In this document: positions 59,501-64,000 of the stretch, piece after piece
Position numbering within the stretch: position 1 is the first letter of the stretch
Layout: each line of letters begins with the position of its first letter
From: Eledone cirrhosa
Lineage: Eukaryota
Assembly (NCBI GenBank): GCA_964016885.1
Contig: OZ024761.1
Coordinates: forward strand, 20,522,001 to 20,586,000
Direction of reading: 5' to 3'
Length of the DNA stretch: 64,000 nt
Program-made: the position numbers and the translations under genes
The notes under the pieces: generated by a model
Told to the model about the DNA's origin: nothing
The model's input: only the letters and a program-made list of their open reading frames with translations
The model's database searches: none

Positions 59501-59778
59501 GTAAGATCACCTTCATGTTGTTTACCATTTTTAGGGATCTGCTAGGAATCTTTCAGGAATTCTGTTAAGGAATTGGTAGTTTAAATCTTTGCATGAATTC
59601 ACATTGTGGCTTAACTGCCATATCGATAAATATATCATTCTGTATTGTTGGCATGCTGTGTGTATATGTGTAAAAGAGAGAGAGTGTGTTTACATATGTT
59701 TGTATGCATGTATGTAGCTATCTCTCTATTTCTCTTTCTATCTCTCTCTCTATATATATATATTTATTTTTTTATCTG

Positions 59779-59817
<39 letters not shown>

Positions 59818-59818
59818 G

Positions 59819-59865
<47 letters not shown>

Positions 59866-61348
59866 CACACATGTTGGTGTGTGACTTTGTTACACATAGA
59901 GAATAATTCTTTCTAAGATAGAAGATAGGCACAAGGCCAACAATATTAGTGAAGGGTAAAGTCTATTGCATTCACCCCAGTAGTTTACTGGTATTGTATT
60001 CACCCTTGGAGGATGAAAACCAAAGTTGGCTGCCACAGGATTTGAACTCAGAACATAAAGGGCTGTAACTTAATACCACAACACATTATATCTGATGCTC
60101 TAAAGACTTTGCCAGTTTACCATTTATTTCCTTTCTTGTTGGTGTTGTAAGGGGTCCAAGGATGAGGAACGCCAAAGTTGACCTCAGAAAGATTTGAACT
60201 CAAAATCAAAAGGAAAATCTAAATCTAAATCCAGGACCTTTTTACTCCCGTTGAAGGCACCCTTCCCTGGTTGACCCCCACTGCTTCCTATCTCTGGCCA
60301 TATTGAGTCATGTAGAGCTGAGATATGTCAGATCATCGTGTCATCTGGCCTTTGGTCACCCTTTGGCCCTTCTCCACTGCTGTGGTGTCCACTCTGTCAC
60401 TCTAGTAGTCCACCTGTTGTCTCTGAGATGAGAGATGCGGTCACCAACCCATCTATATTTGCCCTTCTTGATGGTCCCAGTTATGTCCTACACCCCAGTC
60501 TGCTGCCAAATCCAGGTGTTAACTCTTCCTGTCACATCAGAAAAAAAGAAACTAAATACAGTTATTCTAGAAAGATCTGCTGTCAGTAATTTATATAAAC
60601 TACAATATGATTAACAGTAGCAAAGACATGACAACCTCTCTAGTGTTGGTGATCTGTGTGACAAATGCACCCAGTACACTCTGTAAAATAGTAATAGGAA
60701 GAGGATCACACTGCAAAAAGCCTGCTAAATAACAGGTTTACAGGAAGGACCCTTCATCCATGAGTTGTATCTGATATGACGACCTCACAAGTGTTGCGAT
60801 GTGTCTGATAAACACACCCAGTACACCCTGTAAAATAATTAGCAATAGGAAGGGTTTCAAGCTGCAAAAAACTTGCTAAATAATGGGTTTACAGGAAGGA
60901 CCCTTCAGCCATGGTTTGTATCTGATATGACAACCTCTCTAGTATTGGTTGGTTGGGTTGGTTGGTATCAAAAGGGGTTAAATAGGGCATTCATTCATCT
61001 CTTGTATTGACAGTTTTATTCTTCTTCTCATTATTATTATTACCATTATTATTATTAGTTCAAATCCCGCCGAGGTTAACTTTGCCTTTCATCCTTACAG
61101 GGTCGATAAAATAAAGTACCAGTAATGCACTGGGTAATTGCTGGCCTTGTGCCTAAAGTAGAAACAATTATTATTATTATTATTATTATTGCTGCTGTTG
61201 TTGTTGTTGTTGCTGTCGTTGTTGTTCTGTCTGAAAGTCTAGTTTCACTGAATAATATCAGGCAGAATGCAATATATATACACATATATATATACACACA
61301 TATACATATTTGGATGTGTGTGTGTATATACATGTATACTTGTATATT

Positions 61349-61385
<37 letters not shown>

Positions 61386-62602
61386 GCATATATATATATA
61401 TTTGCGTGTATGTCTATATGTGTGTGTATATATGTATATTTGTATGTATGTATATATTATATATACATACACACGCATGTATATGTATATATACATACAT
61501 ACATATATATATATATATACACACACACACGCATATACACACACACATACAAACTGTTGTTCATTGTTGTTTAATATTGATCCATTATTTTCCTTTAATC
61601 AATTCAATAATTTTCTATTTATCTAAACATCTTATTTACTTTCTCTCTCTCCTAAAATTACAATTATATTGATTTTTTACTGATAATGCTTCTTTTCATT
61701 GATCTGAGAGGCCATCTTTTATTTTCTCTAATAATAATAGAGATTTAATTTTAGTTTTTCTTTTCTTCACATAATATATTTTGAGGAGAAACGTCTTGTA
61801 AAATATGTCGTGTTATTTAAATAAATGTATTTTGGTAAATAGTTTTGGTAAAAAATAAAAATGGGGAGAAAAATAATCTATTTCACATTGAATATTTCAT
61901 TGTTGTTGTTGTTGTTGTTGTAGGGACATTAAAACATTGTTGTTATCATTAATATTATTATTATTTTTCTTTTTCGTTTTTTATATAAATAATAAAAAAA
62001 TCTTTACACGCACAAAACCCACACCGTACCGTCCTCTACCGTCCTGTAATGTTTTTCTTGGTGTCAGCCCTTGTGGCCAATAAAGAAATCATTATTATTA
62101 TTATTGACAGTATAGGTAGAGGGTCGGATGCCATGCTTTGCAGCATAGTGTTACGGCCCTTTATGGTCTGAGTTCAATTCCCGCCGAGGTTGACTTTGCC
62201 TTTCATCCTTACGGGGTCGATAAAATAAAGTACCAGTAATACACTGGGATAATTGCTGGCCTTGTGCCAAAAGTAGAAACAATTATCGTTATTGTTATTC
62301 TTGGAGTCTCAATCATTGATGTTATTTAACTACAAGCCGCTACCTGCTGCCTCAGATATTCAGGACGTATCGGAGGGTTCTTGCTGTTACCAGCAAGCAT
62401 GCTTTTGAAGTGTTCCCAAAAAGGGGAGCTGGACTCATCTTCTTTAACCATCCTTGAAAACTCTTTGAGATAGTACCATAACGCTCCAGAGTACTCAATA
62501 CTTAAGGTAGTAGAGTGGGTAATAGGAAGAGTCAGGACTGAACTAGTTCGAATCTAGCTGTCGAAACTGCTGGAGCTCAGCCGCTGGGGTCCTGACTCTT
62601 TT

Positions 62603-62660
<58 letters not shown>

Positions 62661-62661
<1 letters not shown>

Positions 62662-62884
62662 TTAATTAGAAAGTAAACAACACAAAATATAACTACTCCA
62701 TTACCAAAGGTTTCTGGATCACAGACGATAATAATATATACGTCTGGATCGTTCGTCAGACAGAGATGTTAGAGATAAAAGATATCTGACAAACGATCCA
62801 GACGTATATATTATTATCGTCTGTGATCCAGAAACCTTTGGTAATGGAGTAGTTATATTTTGTGTTGTTCACTTTCTAATTAAA
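62661..62884. mobile_element. Fold-back element (~100-bp arms) with intact hammerhead on the - strand (62696-62765) and mutated core on +
   Basis: Minus strand: CTCTGT-CTGACGA-ac gatc cagacg...cgtctg t gatc ca-GAAA-CC TTT G-GTA/ATGGAG. The + arm has CTGACAA at 62786. Confidence 0.75.
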
Positions 62885-63129
62885 TAGCTCTGTTCTATAT
62901 ATAGAGCACTCTTCTTTCCTTTGTTTTTTCCTTTGGAATTACGTAAAACATGTATGTATGTATATATATATATATATATATATAGTATAAAAGAGAAAAC
63001 ACAGGTAAGCATTAAGAGAAGGATTTTATCCAGGTATTTACGACCGTTTCATTGGTAAGTGCAACCTTATATTGCTATACTGCAAATAGCAGCCACTCAA
63101 TTATAATTGTTGTTCACAGTCCAAATTTT

Positions 63130-63319
63130 CAAGATAGTCACAATTTGAAGCCATATGTTTCCTTGTATTCCACGGTGCAACCATTACGTCCTTTGTCGAA
63201 ATGGAAAGTTTTCCATCTAACTCTGCGTATAAAGTCGTTTGTATCATCCCAAGGGTATAATCCTTTCTCCGAGGTATAGGAATGTTCTTTAGGGATATAC
63301 CTATGTAATGCTTTTCCAT
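63130..63319 (-). pseudogene. Frameshifted fragment resembling a Penelope-like element ORF N-terminus
   Basis: MEKHYIGISLKNIPIPRRKDY... then, after a frameshift, NDFIRRVRWKTFHF...KETYGFK. This resembles the SLKNIPIP / FIxRMRWK / YGFK motifs I recall from invertebrate PLE ORFs. Confidence 0.55.
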
Positions 63320-63636
63320 AGTAGTACCATATGTTTAGGTGGTTGCTCGACCGATAAGGAGCCTGTAGTTAGAGAAGCAAAAAATTGCAAAGGATCACAA
63401 ACTATATATATATATAATAGGAACAAGTAAGACCCCGACGGCTGAGTCCAGAATTAGCCGTCGAAACGGCTTGAGCTCAGCCGTCGGGGTCTTACTTGTT
63501 CCTATTACCCACTCTACTACCCTAAGTATTGAGTACTTTGGTGCGTTATGGTCCACTTGGTTCCTTACCACATTTCCTTCGTTATATATATATATATTTA
63601 TATATATATTTGTTTGTCTTTTAATAATTGTGGTAA

Positions 63637-63744
<108 letters not shown>

Positions 63745-64000
63745 TAAGTTTTGTTTCGTTGATTAACTGGTATTGCAGTTTATTGTTGTAGTAGTGGTGG
63801 TAGTATTAGTGGGGATGGTAGTTGTGGTGGTGGTAGTAGTGGGGATGGTAGTTGTAGTGGTGGTAGTTGTCGTGGTGGTGGTGGTGGTGGTAGTAGTCGT
63901 GGTAGTGGTAGATGTAGTGATGGTGGTGGTGGTAATAAAACTAATGGTGGTGATAGTAAAGGTGGTGGTGGTGGTGGTGGTAGTGATGGTGGTGGTGGTA

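Overview
AT-rich, microsatellite-saturated animal genomic DNA. The repeat landscape looks like a coleoid cephalopod (octopus-like), which is an inference. Nearly all ORFs in the supplied track are artefacts of simple repeats. The one host gene is a kinesin-3 (unc-104/KIF1A-type) on the + strand. I reconstructed nine GT-AG coding exons (35898-63736) covering most of the motor domain, including an 18-nt microexon (SAEGIK, 58495-58512) in the lysine-rich K-loop. The same intron holds a candidate alternative first exon (59378-59500) that would give a motor-less isoform. The most striking non-coding signal is a dense set of short elements embedded in (TA)n tracts, many folded back as inverted repeats. 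Most carry hammerhead-ribozyme cores or half-cores (CUGANGA...GAAA...NUH) with short, often palindromic stem III, as known for Penelope-like elements (PLE). At least six sequence families are present, plus two PLE protein fragments. Also present: two tRNA-derived SINE families, RTE and R4/Dong-like LINE 3' fragments, a TTAA-flanked piggyBac-like MITE whose internal 72-bp unit expanded into a 2-kb satellite, and several minisatellites. Structures were folded by eye and no database search was run.
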